The notes beneath the pieces are model-generated. The model did not search any database, had not been told where the DNA came from, and worked only from the letters and a program-made list of their open reading frames with translations. Position numbers and translations under genes: made by a program. 64,000 nt of DNA from an uncultured Mycoplasmatota bacterium. GTDB lineage: Bacteria; Bacillota_I; Bacilli_A; RF39; UBA660. The stretch spans positions 6,679-70,678 of the forward strand of contig CAMLTY010000001.1 in the NCBI GenBank assembly GCA_946486465.1. Reading direction: 5' to 3'. Shown here piece by piece: positions 21,617 through 32,928 of the stretch (positions are counted from its first letter, which is position 1; each line of letters starts with the position of its first letter).

Positions 21617-23359
21617 ATGAATTTTTTAAATACTGTTGAAAAAGATATATTAAATAAATTTAAGGAAAAGGGTATTCCCCTTGATGAAGTACAATTAATA
21701 ACAAGTAGTAAAAAAGAGTTAGGTGACTATCAAATTAATGATGCTATGAAACTTGCTAAAGTAATGCATAAATCACCAAGAGATATTGCCGAAGACTTAG
21801 TTAAATGTCTAGAAGAAACAGGCTATTTTAAAAATATAAATATTGCAGGTGCAGGATTCATTAACTTAAGTTTTAAAGACGAGTTATTAACAGAATATGT
21901 GGAAAAAGTTATTAAGAGTTCCCCAAAAGATGTGGAAAAACTTAATGAAGAAAGAATTATCATCGACTATGGTGGTGCGAATATCGCTAAAACTCTTCAC
22001 GTAGGACATTTAAGAAGTGCAAATATTGGTGAAGCTTTAAAAAGACTTGCAAAACGTCTAGGTAAAGAAGTAATCTCTGATGTCCACTTTGGAGACATTG
22101 GTCGTCAATCTGGAATGGTAATCTATGAACTAAAAGAAAGATATCCTAATCTTAACTATTTTAGTGGAAAAGAAGAAATTACTTGGGATGAATTACCTAT
22201 AACAGGAAAAGACTTAGAAGAAATCTATCCTACTGCAAGTATAAAAGCAAAAGAAAATGAAGAGATAATGGAAAAGGTTAGAGAAATAACTGCCGAGTTA
22301 GAATCAGGTAAAAATAAAGGCTATGTCGCTCTTTGGGATAAGATAAAAGAGATATCTACAAAAGATATAAAAAGTATATATAAAGAATTAAATACAGACT
22401 TTGATTTATGGGAAGGAGAAAGTGATGCCTATCCTTATATCAAAGAGACTATTGATATCATGGAGAAATCTGGATATTTAGTAGAAAGTGAAGGAGCTAA
22501 AATAGTTGAAGTAATAGAAGATACAGATAAAGCTCCTATGCCTCCCCTTATTGTTCTTCAAAGTAATGGAGCAACTTTATATGCTACAAGAGAACTTGCA
22601 ACTATCACTTCTCGTATGAAAAGATTTAATCCTAAAGAAATATGGTATGTAGTAGATATGCGTCAAAGCTTATATTTTGAGCAAGTATTTAGAGCAGCCT
22701 ATAAAACAGGACTTGTCTCTAAAGATACAGTTTTAGAGTATTATGGCTTTGGAACGATGAATGGAACTGATGGTAAACCATTTAAAACAAGAGATGGTAA
22801 TGCTGCAACTCTAAAAAGCCTAATTCAAAGTGTCAAAGAAGAAATACTTACTCATATGAATAAAGATATGGATAATAAAGAAGAAATCGCTGAAAAAATA
22901 ACTATCGCAGCGATTAAATATGCTGACTTTTTACCTAATAGAACAACAGATTATATCTTTGAGCCTAGTAAATTTATTGATGTAGAAGGAAAAACAGGAC
23001 CATATATTTTATATAATACTATTAGAATGAAATCTATTTTAAAGAAAGCAGAAGAACGAGGTATAGACTATAGTAACTACTATAATAAACCAACAGATAC
23101 TGAAAAAGAAATAATACTTTTATTAATGGAGAAGAATAATATTTTACATAAAGCTTATAATAATAAAGATTTAAGTTCTATAGCAGATTATCTTTATAAC
23201 TTGACAAGCTTATACAGTAGATTTTATGAGGCAAATCACATCTTAACTGAAAGTGATGAAAAGATAAAAGAAAGCTGGCTTACATTAACAAAATTAGTAA
23301 AAGAAACCAACGAAGAACTACTAGATATACTTGCCATTGAAGCGCCAGAAAAAATGTAA
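21617..23359 (+). CDS. argS: Arginine--tRNA ligase
   Basis: 580 aa; HVGH-type class I motif (KTLHVGHLRSANIG); DALR anticodon-binding C-terminus. Confidence 0.95.
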   Translation: MNFLNTVEKDILNKFKEKGIPLDEVQLITSSKKELGDYQINDAMKLAKVMHKSPRDIAEDLVKCLEETGYFKNINIAGAGFINLSFKDELLTEYVEKVIKSSPKDVEKLNEERIIIDYGGANIAKTLHVGHLRSANIGEALKRLAKRLGKEVISDVHFGDIGRQSGMVIYELKERYPNLNYFSGKEEITWDELPITGKDLEEIYPTASIKAKENEEIMEKVREITAELESGKNKGYVALWDKIKEISTKDIKSIYKELNTDFDLWEGESDAYPYIKETIDIMEKSGYLVESEGAKIVEVIEDTDKAPMPPLIVLQSNGATLYATRELATITSRMKRFNPKEIWYVVDMRQSLYFEQVFRAAYKTGLVSKDTVLEYYGFGTMNGTDGKPFKTRDGNAATLKSLIQSVKEEILTHMNKDMDNKEEIAEKITIAAIKYADFLPNRTTDYIFEPSKFIDVEGKTGPYILYNTIRMKSILKKAEERGIDYSNYYNKPTDTEKEIILLLMEKNNILHKAYNNKDLSSIADYLYNLTSLYSRFYEANHILTESDEKIKESWLTLTKLVKETNEELLDILAIEAPEKM

Positions 23360-23480
23360 AAAAATATAAATATATAAAAAAGTATTGCCTTTTATATGAA
23401 ATCATGCTATAACTTTATCTGATTTAATACACAAATAAAAAATTATTACATATAATGTCTTAGCTATAGGAGGAATTTTT

Positions 23481-23930
23481 ATGAAGTTAGCTAAAATGAA
23501 AAAAGAAGATTTAGAATTATTATCGCATAAGGATATAACATATTATATATTAGAAGAAGAAGGAAAAATGAATACTGCTGACCTTTTTAAAAGAGTAGTA
23601 ACATTACTAGAACTTCCTAATAAAACTTTTGAGGAGAAAATAGGTGACTATTATACACTTCTTACAACTGATAAAAGATTCATTCTTTTAGAAGATGGTA
23701 ACTGGGACTTAAGAAGTCGTCATACATCTGATAAAATAGTTAAAGTAACAGATGATGAGGACGAAGAAGAAGAGGATGAAGAAATTAAAGAAGATACAAT
23801 CTTACCAGATGAATCTGAAGAAGATAACTATGACTCTGGTGATACAGATGACGATGATGACTATGCTGATGCTAATGAAGATTTAAAAGATTTAGTTGTA
23901 GTTGATGAAGATGAATTAGAAGAGAGCTAA
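23481..23930 (+). CDS. rpoE: DNA-directed RNA polymerase delta subunit
   Basis: N-terminal HARE-HTH-like region (IGDYYTLLTTDKRFILLEDGNWDLRS) plus a long Asp/Glu-rich C-terminal tail, as in Bacillus RpoE. Confidence 0.8.
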   Translation: MKLAKMKKEDLELLSHKDITYYILEEEGKMNTADLFKRVVTLLELPNKTFEEKIGDYYTLLTTDKRFILLEDGNWDLRSRHTSDKIVKVTDDEDEEEEDEEIKEDTILPDESEEDNYDSGDTDDDDDYADANEDLKDLVVVDEDELEES

Positions 23931-24002
23931 AATAAAAAAAGTTTAGTTCTTTTTCTTTTTTCTGTTATAATAGATACAGTAGAGTATAGGAGTGTTGCAG
24001 TT

Positions 24003-25700
24003 ATGAAGTACTTAAAAGAAGTATATAATGATTTTAAAGTAGTACCCTTTAAGAAGTTTATGACCTTTCTTTTCTTTTTATCATGTATCTTAGGATATGT
24101 AGTAATGGCATTATTCCCATATTTTGCAAGTCAAATAATAAAATATGCAACAGTTGGGAACACACTAGCATATACTTACACCTTTTATCTTGCCATCGCC
24201 TACATTGTTTATGAAATCATTTGGTATTTTAACTACTACATATATAGTTTTCTTTAAACTTATTATTGTGATACTATAAATAAAAAGTTATTTAATAAAA
24301 TATGTACTTCCTAAAGAAAAATCTCTAAAACTTTAGATAAAGGAAAAATGTTAAGTCTAGAAGGTGAAGATTTATTTAATTATTGTGACTTATTGGATTC
24401 TATAACTGTTTATATATCTACAATATTTATGATTATATTAACAGTAATTTTAATATTTAAAGCCCACCTTATCTTTGCCCTTATCACAGTTATTTCCTTA
24501 GTAATCTATATTATTTTCATGTTAAAGAACATGGATAAGTTTTCTAAGTATTTAAAAGAACAAAAGAAACATAATGATACTATAAATTCTACTTATGTAG
24601 AAGAGTTAAATGCCCTAAAAGAAATAAAAACACTTCCTATAAAAGATAAACTTTATAAAAAGTTACAAACTAAACTAAATAGATATACTAAAGCTTATTT
24701 TAAAAAACGTAAATACTTTGCTAGAAATGAAAATACTAGTACTCTAATACCTCAATATACAAAGTTTATTTTATATCTTGTTTTATTAATCTTTATGGTT
24801 AAATTTAATGCAACTATTGATTTAGTAATTTTAATTATTGGTTATTACGACCAATTAATAGAAAACTTAACAGAACTGGTTTCATCATATCGGGAAATAA
24901 AAGAATATCATGTTTCTGTAAAAAGAGTAAATGAAACCTTAACTTATGAAGATGATTTATCTAATCTCTTTGGTAAATACGAAAATGATGAAATATATGG
25001 TTCTATTGTATTAAAAAATGTAAGTTATAAATATAATTCTAAATATATTTTAGATAATGTTAATCTAGAAATAAAACCAAATACTTTAAATGTCATTATC
25101 GGACCATCAGGAAGTGGTAAAACAACTCTATTTGACTTACTTCTAAGATTTTATAGAATAAACAGTGGAGAAATATATCTAGATGGTGTTAATATCTATG
25201 AATATAGTGATAGTATCTATGCTTCTAATATAACTCTAGTTAAACAAAATCCTTTTATCTATAACATGAGTATTAGAGATAATCTTCGTCTTGTTAACAG
25301 TAATAAAAAAAGACAGGAAGAAGTAATCAAAGAAGTTGGATTACACGAATTTATTATGAGTCTACCTAAAGGCTATAGTACAGTCTTAACAGGTAATGCT
25401 ACTAACTTATCAGGAGGGCAAAAACAACTTTTATCAATCGCTAGAAGTCTTTTAACAGACGCGGAAATCCTTCTAATGGATGATATAACTGCATCACTTG
25501 ATCCTAAAACAACTAATGAAATTATAAATCTATTAGTAAGACTTAAAGAAGATCATACTATTTTAGTCATAACTAATAGAGAAGACCTAATTAATAAAGC
25601 TGATAAAATAATTTATTTAAATAAAGGTAAAGCGAAAAGTTATAAGTCCTTAACAGACCTAAAAGAAAAATTAGGCCCTGAAAGTGAGGTGATAATATGA
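24003..25700 (+). pseudogene. ABC exporter subunit 1 (TMD+NBD) broken by in-frame stop codons near the 5' end
   Basis: The 84-aa ORF (24003-24257) and 450-aa ORF (24348-25700) are in the same frame and align consecutively to the paralogous downstream exporter; at least two stops lie in the 90-bp gap; NBD intact (GPSGSGKTT, LSGGQKQ, ILLMDD). Confidence 0.5.
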
Positions 25701-27436
25701 GATTAATGATAGATACCTATAAAAAATATTGGTCTTGTATTAAACCTCATAAAGGTTATTACACCATGATTTTTGTCTCTAAAGTTTTAGCAGTCATTGC
25801 AAGTATCCTCTTACCATTTACCGCTTCAGGTATTGTTAAGTATCTAACACTAGGAGACTATCAAAAAGCCTTAAAATGGATATTTTACTTCTTTGCCGCA
25901 GCCACTGCTAAAGTAATATTTTACTATTGGAATTATAAAGGTGGAGCTTTAGATTCAAATTACTGTTATACAGGACTTAAGAAGAAAGTCTTTAATAAAC
26001 TTACAACCTACGATTTAGAGTTTTCCAAACATAAAGATATAGATGAAGTACTACAAGGCTCATCTAGTGATATCTGGAAAGTTGTAGGTATTAATGATAA
26101 CTTAAGTGATATCATTATAGGTTTTATCAGAATAATAGTAATTGTAATATTAACAGCATTAACCTCACCATTAGTAGGTTTAGTAGTATTCTTATTCTCT
26201 AGTCTTTATGTCATATTTATGATGATATTCAATGAGAAAATAGTAAAATATTTAAATAAACAAAGAAAATATCAAGATAAAATCGCTGGTGTATTTCTAG
26301 AAGAATTATCATCACTTGAAGAGATTAAAGTATATGACATGCAAGATAAATATTATAATTATTTTAATACTATCAACAAAAAGTTCTGCCATAATTATAG
26401 AATGAAAAGAAGATATCATGATATTCAATTTAATTTTTTACAACTAATATTAGATTTAGGAGAAGTAAGTATTTATGCAGTTACCTTATTCTTATTATTT
26501 CAGAATGCTTATACTGTTGATAAGATAGTTTTAGTAATAGGATACTTTACTATGATGAACCAAGAATTAAAATATGTCTTACAAACCTGTGTAAAAAATG
26601 TTATAGACTGTAGAGTGTCTGTGGAAAGAATTTATTCACTTTTAAATTATCGTCCTAAAAATAGTAAAGTAACAAATACAGTTAATGAAGATGATATTAA
26701 AGGAATATTAGAATTTAGTCATGTTTATTCTTCATATCAAGATAAACAAGTCTTAAAAGATGTAACCTTTAAAGTAAAACCTAATGAATTAACCGCTATA
26801 GTAGGACGTAGTGGTAGTGGAAAAAGTACTATTTTAAATATTATCCTTAGATTAATAAAACCTGATAGTGGTAATGTCTTAATAGATAAAGAAGATATAT
26901 ATAATTATACTAATGACGTTTATAAGACTAATGTCAGTGTTGTAACACAAAAAAGTATTCTTTTTAATATGAGTATAAGAGATAATATATCTTTAGTGGA
27001 TTCTAACTTTAAAAGAATACAAGAAGTGTGCATGAGACTAGGAATACATAATGAAATACTAAGTCTACCTAAAGGTTATAATACAGTAATAGAAGAAAAC
27101 AGTTCTAATATTTCTACAAGATTAAAACAACTTCTATCTATTGCAAGAAGCATATTAACCAATGCAGAGATACTTTTATTTGATGAAGTAACATCATCAT
27201 TAGATGCCTCTAACACTAAAAAAGTTGTTAAAGTCTTTAAAGAGTTATCAAAAGACCATACTGTTATCATTATTACCCATAAAAAAGAAGTAATGAATAA
27301 AGCAGACCATTTAATTATCGTTGATAAAGGAAAGAAAGTTGCTGATGGGACACCTAAGTCTTTAGAAAATAATAAGTACTATTTAAATTTAAGAGACAGC
27401 AGTAGTGTAAGTAATAATAATTTATCAGGAGTATAA
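25697..27436 (+). CDS. ABC exporter subunit 2 (TMD+NBD) with a degenerate signature motif
   Basis: 579 aa; Walker A GRSGSGKST, Walker B ILLFDE, H-loop THK; the signature reads ISTRLKQ instead of LSGGQ, as in asymmetric heterodimeric exporters. Confidence 0.8.
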   Translation: MRLMIDTYKKYWSCIKPHKGYYTMIFVSKVLAVIASILLPFTASGIVKYLTLGDYQKALKWIFYFFAAATAKVIFYYWNYKGGALDSNYCYTGLKKKVFNKLTTYDLEFSKHKDIDEVLQGSSSDIWKVVGINDNLSDIIIGFIRIIVIVILTALTSPLVGLVVFLFSSLYVIFMMIFNEKIVKYLNKQRKYQDKIAGVFLEELSSLEEIKVYDMQDKYYNYFNTINKKFCHNYRMKRRYHDIQFNFLQLILDLGEVSIYAVTLFLLFQNAYTVDKIVLVIGYFTMMNQELKYVLQTCVKNVIDCRVSVERIYSLLNYRPKNSKVTNTVNEDDIKGILEFSHVYSSYQDKQVLKDVTFKVKPNELTAIVGRSGSGKSTILNIILRLIKPDSGNVLIDKEDIYNYTNDVYKTNVSVVTQKSILFNMSIRDNISLVDSNFKRIQEVCMRLGIHNEILSLPKGYNTVIEENSSNISTRLKQLLSIARSILTNAEILLFDEVTSSLDASNTKKVVKVFKELSKDHTVIIITHKKEVMNKADHLIIVDKGKKVADGTPKSLENNKYYLNLRDSSSVSNNNLSGV

Positions 27437-27437
27437 T

Positions 27438-28628
27438 ATGAAAGATTTACTTAAGAATAAAAACTTGAAATATATATTTATAATGATTATTTTCTTTAGT
27501 ATTTCCTTCGGATTATGGAATAACTTTAGACTTCTTTGGTTAGAAGAAAATAATCTAGATCCAAGTGAGATAAGTAGAGTGATGAGCCTTGCTACTTTCT
27601 TTGGAGCGATATCAATAATATTTATATCTCTAAAAATAAGTATGACTAATATAAAGAAATTAGTAAGCACAACTCTCATAATAAGGATAATATCTTATCT
27701 AATTCTTTTTATAGGCTATCAACATTTGCCTACTAGAGTGATAGCAATTCTCTTTATCTTTGATATCGCTAGTTATACCGTAGGATACTTAGCCATATAT
27801 CCCTTAATTACAAGAGTTATAAAGAATGATAAAATTTACAGTTATCGTAAATTAACGACTTATATTTGCCAAGATCCTGGAGTTTTATTAGGTGGTATAC
27901 TTTTAGGATTTACAATTGGTAATTATATTTTTGATTATAACAGTTTTCTTTTAATCGCTTTAATTTGCTTAATTATTGCCTTTTTATCTTTAAGTAAGGT
28001 TAAACTTAATGAAAAAATCCATTATAAAAGTATAAGTGTAAAAGATTATTTAAAAATATTGAAAAAAGATAAAATTGATAGTTTATATTTATTTTATATT
28101 TTTATAGGAAATATCTCTTACAACTGTGCTTTAGGTGTGCAAATGTTAATACTAACTAATATTTTAGATATATCATCAAAAAATGCTACATTTTACTTTC
28201 TATTTATGGGAATAATAGCGGATATCTTTGGTATTCTAGCTTTGAAGAAATTAACACCTAAAAATGACTATCTAACCATCTTATTTAAATTTGGTCCAAG
28301 AATGTTAGGATATTCTTTAGTTTTTATCTTCCCAACAAAAGAGATGACTTTAATCGCTATAACAATTTCTCTATTCTTAACGACTGCTTATGAAGATAAA
28401 ACAGATGCCATTTATCTAAATAGAATAGATACAAAATATCATTTATTATTTTCAAATATTAGAGAGCTTGTAGGTAGTCTGGGGAATGCTATAGGATTAT
28501 ATTTAACAGGTATATTATTTATCTTTGGATCTAAATATATTTTTGGAGTTGCAGCCTTAATAGGTTTTATTCAAATAGTACTTGCTATATACCTTGTATA
28601 TCTTAGAAAAAATAATGATTTACAATAG
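27438..28628 (+). CDS. MFS-type transporter
   Basis: 396 aa, ~12 predicted TM helices; start overlaps the ABC stop. Confidence 0.65.
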   Translation: MKDLLKNKNLKYIFIMIIFFSISFGLWNNFRLLWLEENNLDPSEISRVMSLATFFGAISIIFISLKISMTNIKKLVSTTLIIRIISYLILFIGYQHLPTRVIAILFIFDIASYTVGYLAIYPLITRVIKNDKIYSYRKLTTYICQDPGVLLGGILLGFTIGNYIFDYNSFLLIALICLIIAFLSLSKVKLNEKIHYKSISVKDYLKILKKDKIDSLYLFYIFIGNISYNCALGVQMLILTNILDISSKNATFYFLFMGIIADIFGILALKKLTPKNDYLTILFKFGPRMLGYSLVFIFPTKEMTLIAITISLFLTTAYEDKTDAIYLNRIDTKYHLLFSNIRELVGSLGNAIGLYLTGILFIFGSKYIFGVAALIGFIQIVLAIYLVYLRKNNDLQ

Positions 28629-28672
28629 TTCTATTTACTATTTATAATATATTTGTAGAGGAGGATGAAGTA

Positions 28673-29488
28673 ATGAATATGAATAAGAAATTAAAATTTG
28701 AAGATTTGGAAGAAATAATAAACAAATATACAACAAAGGAAAGTAAAATATCAATTGAAATTAAAGACTTTAATGGGAATATAATTATAGAGCATAATCC
28801 AAATATAAAAGTAAATTCTGCTAGTTGTATAAAAGTAGCTATCATGATAGCTGTATTAAAAAAAGTCCAAATTAATGAATTAGAATTAGATAGATTAATA
28901 GATTTTAGAAATTTAGATTTAGATGATGAAGATGGAATCTATAATGAAATTGAAAGAAAAGCGACAGTATTAGAATTATTAACTTTTATGATTATTAATA
29001 GTGACAATTTAGCAACAGATGTACTAATTGAATTGTTTGGTTTTCAATATTATAATGATTTTTTTAAAAAAAATGGATTATTAAATACAGAACTTAATAG
29101 ATTTATGGGAATATATGACTCAGGAAAAGAAAATTATACAAGTAATGAAGATATGTATCATTTATATAAACAATTATACCAAGAAAAGATTCTAAATAAA
29201 GAATTGTGTGATATTGCAAAAAATATATTACACAAACAAAGATTAAAAGATGCAAGTCAAAGATATATTTATGAAGACATAGAAGTGTATCATAAAACTG
29301 GAGGTTTAGATAGTTTAAATTTAAGAAATGACTGTGGATATTTTGTATTGAATTATAAAGCATATTATTTTGGATTTTTCATGGAACAAATGACTTCTAA
29401 AGAAGATGCCTCTATATTAATAGGAAATTTGTTTAAATTTATTTATGAGAATATGATGCATTTATCAAAGCAAACAATTCTTGCATGA
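28673..29488 (+). CDS. Class A beta-lactamase-fold serine hydrolase, no signal peptide (cytoplasmic)
   Basis: SxxK (SASCIK), SDN (INSDNLATD) and KTG (YHKTGG) motifs in canonical order and spacing; N-terminus is hydrophilic. Confidence 0.65.
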   Translation: MNMNKKLKFEDLEEIINKYTTKESKISIEIKDFNGNIIIEHNPNIKVNSASCIKVAIMIAVLKKVQINELELDRLIDFRNLDLDDEDGIYNEIERKATVLELLTFMIINSDNLATDVLIELFGFQYYNDFFKKNGLLNTELNRFMGIYDSGKENYTSNEDMYHLYKQLYQEKILNKELCDIAKNILHKQRLKDASQRYIYEDIEVYHKTGGLDSLNLRNDCGYFVLNYKAYYFGFFMEQMTSKEDASILIGNLFKFIYENMMHLSKQTILA

Positions 29489-29736
29489 ATTAGTAGTAAT
29501 AGGAAATGATAACAATAAAAAGTATATGTAGGCAATTATATTACTAATTACAGTATAAAAAAAGATTTATATGAACTACCACTTGGAACTGTAATAGAAG
29601 AAAAACCTAAAAGAATAGTAAAAAGTAAATGGGGAACGATAGACTACAACTATAGATATTGATTTAATAGAAAACAAGATTGTATTTAGGGATAAGCTAT
29701 GCTATAATTACAAAGAAAAAGAAAGGACTGGTTATA

Positions 29737-30798
29737 ATGATAGAACGTCTTGAAGCTACAGAAAAGAAATATATGGACTTACAAAAAGAACTAATGAGTG
29801 AAGAAGTCCTAAAAGATATTAATAAAACAAGAGAATTATCAAAAGAAATGTCTGAACTAGAAGAAGTAGTAACAGTTTATCGTGAATATAAAAAGGTTAT
29901 TGAAGCTATTCCTGAGACTAAAGAAATGTTAAAAGATGATGAATTAAAAGATATCGCTAAAGAAGAGTTAAAGGACTTAGAAGTAAAGAAAGAAAAGTTG
30001 GAACGAGACTTAGAAATACTTTTAATACCAAAAGATCCTAACGATAATAAAAACGTTATTGTCGAAATAAGAGGAGCAGCTGGAGGAGATGAAGCTAATA
30101 TCTTTGCAGGAGACCTTTATAGAATGTATTCTAAATATGCTGACAAAGTAGGCTTCAAAACAGAGTTAATCAATGCTGAAGAAGGAACAGCAGGAGGCTT
30201 TAGTCAAGTAGAATTCATGGTTAAAGGTAATGGTGCCTACTCAAAGCTTAAGTATGAAAGTGGTTCTCATAGAGTTCAAAGAATCCCTGTTACAGAAAGT
30301 AATGGGAGAATTCAAACTTCAACTGCCACAGTACTTGTAATGCCAGAAGCAGAAGATGTTAATATTGAGATAAATCCCCAAGACCTTAGAATAGATATTT
30401 ATAGATCATCTGGCTGTGGAGGACAAGGAGTAAATACTACAGATAGCGCTGTTCGTATTACTCACTTACCAACTAATACAGTTGTTACTTGTCAAAATGA
30501 AAGAAGTCAAATTCAAAATAAAGAGCAAGCAATGAAAGTATTAAAAGCAAGACTTTATGAACAAGAATTAAGACGCCAAGAAGAAGAATTAGGTGAATCT
30601 CGTCGTAATAAAATAGGTACAGGAGATAGAGCCGAAAAAATAAGAACATATAACTATCCACAAAATAGAGTAACAGACCATAGAATTGGCTTTACTACTA
30701 ATAACTTAGATAGAGTTATGAATGGAGATTTAGATGAGATAATAGAAGCTTTAACTATGGAAGACCAAAGAAGAAAACTAGCAGGAGAAGAAGAATGA
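29737..30798 (+). CDS. prfA: Peptide chain release factor 1
   Basis: GGQ motif ([19 protein letters not shown]) and PxT-region; start moved to ATG 29737 after aaaggactgg. Confidence 0.9.
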   Translation: MIERLEATEKKYMDLQKELMSEEVLKDINKTRELSKEMSELEEVVTVYREYKKVIEAIPETKEMLKDDELKDIAKEELKDLEVKKEKLERDLEILLIPKDPNDNKNVIVEIRGAAGGDEANIFAGDLYRMYSKYADKVGFKTELINAEEGTAGGFSQVEFMVKGNGAYSKLKYESGSHRVQRIPVTESNGRIQTSTATVLVMPEAEDVNIEINPQDLRIDIYRSSGCGGQGVNTTDSAVRITHLPTNTVVTCQNERSQIQNKEQAMKVLKARLYEQELRRQEEELGESRRNKIGTGDRAEKIRTYNYPQNRVTDHRIGFTTNNLDRVMNGDLDEIIEALTMEDQRRKLAGEEE

Positions 30799-31622
30799 CA
30801 GTTGAAGAGTTAATTGTCTATGGTAAGAAATATACAAGTAGTACTCATGCTAAAATGTTACTAGCAACTTTCCTAGAGGTTAACCCCCTAGAACTATTAA
30901 CTATTTTAGATAAAGTAGTAGATGATAGTATTATTAATCTTTATAAAGAATCTTTAAAAGCTTTAAGTGAAAATAGACCTATTCAATACGTAATAGGTCA
31001 TGTTAATTTCTATGGCTTAAAGTTTAAAGTTAATGAAAATGTGTTAATACCACGTTTTGAGACAGAAGAGTTAGTTGAAAATATTAAAAACTATCTTGAA
31101 AAGAAAAATATAACTAATCCGAAAATCTTAGATTTAGGATGTGGTAGTGGAGTCATCGGACTAACTTTAAAACATTTCTTTCCTAATTCTTTAGTAACTT
31201 TAGTTGATATTAGTGAAGAAGCTTTAAAAGTAGCAGAGTCTAATGCTAAAAGTCTAGGACTAGATGTTAACTTTATAAAAAGTGACTGGTTTAGTAATGC
31301 TTCTCTAGATAAATATGATGTTATAGTATCAAATCCCCCATATATTATGACTGATGAAGAAATAGAAGAGATAGTTAAGAATAATGAGCCAGCCATTGCC
31401 TTATATGGAGGAAGCGATGGACTAGACTGTTATAGAAGTATTTTAAAAGATATTAATAAATACCTAAAAGATGATTATTTAATTGCCTTTGAAATAGGAT
31501 ATCTTGAAGGAGAAAAATTAAAAGAATTAATCCAAAATACTATTCCTAATAGCAAAGTAACTATTAAAAAAGATTTAAGTGCTAAAGATAGAATGCTTTT
31601 TGTCGAAAAAAATATTGATTAA
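30795..31622 (+). CDS. prmC: Release factor glutamine N5-methyltransferase PrmC/HemK
   Basis: NPPY motif (VSNPPYI), SAM motif LDLGCGSG; coupled to prfA. Confidence 0.9.
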   Translation: MTVEELIVYGKKYTSSTHAKMLLATFLEVNPLELLTILDKVVDDSIINLYKESLKALSENRPIQYVIGHVNFYGLKFKVNENVLIPRFETEELVENIKNYLEKKNITNPKILDLGCGSGVIGLTLKHFFPNSLVTLVDISEEALKVAESNAKSLGLDVNFIKSDWFSNASLDKYDVIVSNPPYIMTDEEIEEIVKNNEPAIALYGGSDGLDCYRSILKDINKYLKDDYLIAFEIGYLEGEKLKELIQNTIPNSKVTIKKDLSAKDRMLFVEKNID

Positions 31623-31673
31623 AAATATAAAATATCACTCATTAATTAAGTGTAGAAAGGGTGATATTTTTAT

Positions 31674-32201
31674 ATGAAAAAATATTTAATCTTAGCAAGT
31701 TTAATCTTAGTATTTATACCTAATTTAAATAAAGAAAGTGATGAGATAGTAATACCTAATGAAGCGATAAGATTTAGAGTAATAGCAGAATCAAATACTA
31801 AAGAAGACCAAGAAACGAAAACTATTGTTAAAGATGCTTTAGAAGATGATTTAGATAAGCTTTTAAAAAACAGTACTTCAATTGATGAAACAAGAACGAT
31901 TTTAAAAGAAAATCAAAGTCATTTTGAATCTTTAGTAGAAAGAACACTTCTAACTAATAAGATAAAGACGAGCTATAAAGTAAACTATGGTATCAATTAT
32001 TTTCCAGAGAAAAACTATAAAGGAGTTATATATGAAGAAGGTTATTATGAGTCACTAGTCGTAACTCTAGGAAGTGGTAATGGTGAAAATTGGTGGTGTG
32101 TTTTATTTCCTCCTTTATGTTTAATGGAAGGTGAGGATAATAATACTGATGAAGTAGAGTATAAATCTTTTGTTAAAGAAATGATAGATAAATACTTATA
32201 A
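31674..32201 (+). CDS. spoIIR: Stage II sporulation protein R
   Basis: Signal peptide; IPNEAIRFRVIAESNTKEDQ and GENWWCVLFPPLC match SpoIIR hallmarks; prfA-prmC-spoIIR synteny as in B. subtilis. Confidence 0.85.
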   Translation: MKKYLILASLILVFIPNLNKESDEIVIPNEAIRFRVIAESNTKEDQETKTIVKDALEDDLDKLLKNSTSIDETRTILKENQSHFESLVERTLLTNKIKTSYKVNYGINYFPEKNYKGVIYEEGYYESLVVTLGSGNGENWWCVLFPPLCLMEGEDNNTDEVEYKSFVKEMIDKYL

Positions 32202-32243
32202 TAAATATCTACCTATCTGAATAAAATTTGATAGGTGATTACT

Positions 32244-32780
32244 TTGAATATTTTAGAGTTTATAATACTAGCGATAGGTCTAAGTATGGATGCCTTTTCA
32301 TTATCTATTGTCTATGGTACTTTAAATCTATCTAATAAAATTAAAAACTTTTTAAGTATAACAGTAGGAATATTTCACTTTTTTATGCCCCTTTTAGGAA
32401 GTGTATTAGGACTATTTATCGTTCATCATATAATAAGTAATCCCGATATCTTAGTAGGAATAATCTTTACTGTTTTAAGCATTGAAATGTTACTTAATAT
32501 TAAAGAGTTAGATGAAGAAAAAAAAGATTTTAAAAATTTATTAAATGCTTTTCTCTTTGGTTTTAGTGTAAGTATCGATAGTTTCTCTGTGGGAATTGCC
32601 CTAGGAACTCATAATGAAAATATCTATTTAGCAGGAGCAATCTTTGCAATAACAAGTTTTATTTTTACCTTTTTAGGACTTAATATCGGTAAGTTTTTAA
32701 CTTTAAAATTTGGTAAAGTCGCCAATATAATTGGAAGTATTTTACTATTTATACTAGCACTTACTTATTTCTTTGAATAA
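32244..32780 (+). CDS. mntP: Manganese efflux pump MntP
   Basis: Duplicated DAFS motifs (GLSMDAFSLSI, SIDSFSVGIALG); TTG start 5 nt after AGGTGA. Confidence 0.8.
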   Translation: MNILEFIILAIGLSMDAFSLSIVYGTLNLSNKIKNFLSITVGIFHFFMPLLGSVLGLFIVHHIISNPDILVGIIFTVLSIEMLLNIKELDEEKKDFKNLLNAFLFGFSVSIDSFSVGIALGTHNENIYLAGAIFAITSFIFTFLGLNIGKFLTLKFGKVANIIGSILLFILALTYFFE

Positions 32781-32820
32781 AAAGAAAAATATTGTAAAAA
32801 ATAAGACTGGGTGAAGTATT

Positions 32821-32928
32821 ATGAGAAAAAGAATAATTACAGATGAAGAGATGGAAGAGATTATGAAAAAAGAAATACTTCCATTAAGATTTCATATTGT
32901 AAACCCACTTGTAAAAGAAGTCAAATAA
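32821..32928 (+). CDS. Possible 35-aa small protein (MRKRIITDEEMEEIMKKEILPLRFHIVNPLVKEVK)
   Basis: ATG after gggtga; followed directly by a hairpin plus T-run terminator (AAGAAGT...ACTTCTT TTCTT). Confidence 0.25.
   Translation: MRKRIITDEEMEEIMKKEILPLRFHIVNPLVKEVK

Noticed and set aside
24003-24257. 84-aa ORF called as an independent small membrane protein
   Set aside because: It is in the same frame as, and aligns as the N-terminus of, the downstream ABC exporter; treated as a fragment of a nonsense-disrupted gene
29489-29736. Start-less frame ...SIKKDLYELPLGTVIEEKPKRIVKSKWGTIDYNYRY* upstream of prfA, as a possible transposase or phage gene remnant
   Set aside because: No recognisable family and no start codon; too short to call
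32202-32243. yybP-ykoY manganese riboswitch upstream of mntP
   Set aside because: Only about 40 bp separate spoIIR and mntP, so no room for the riboswitch
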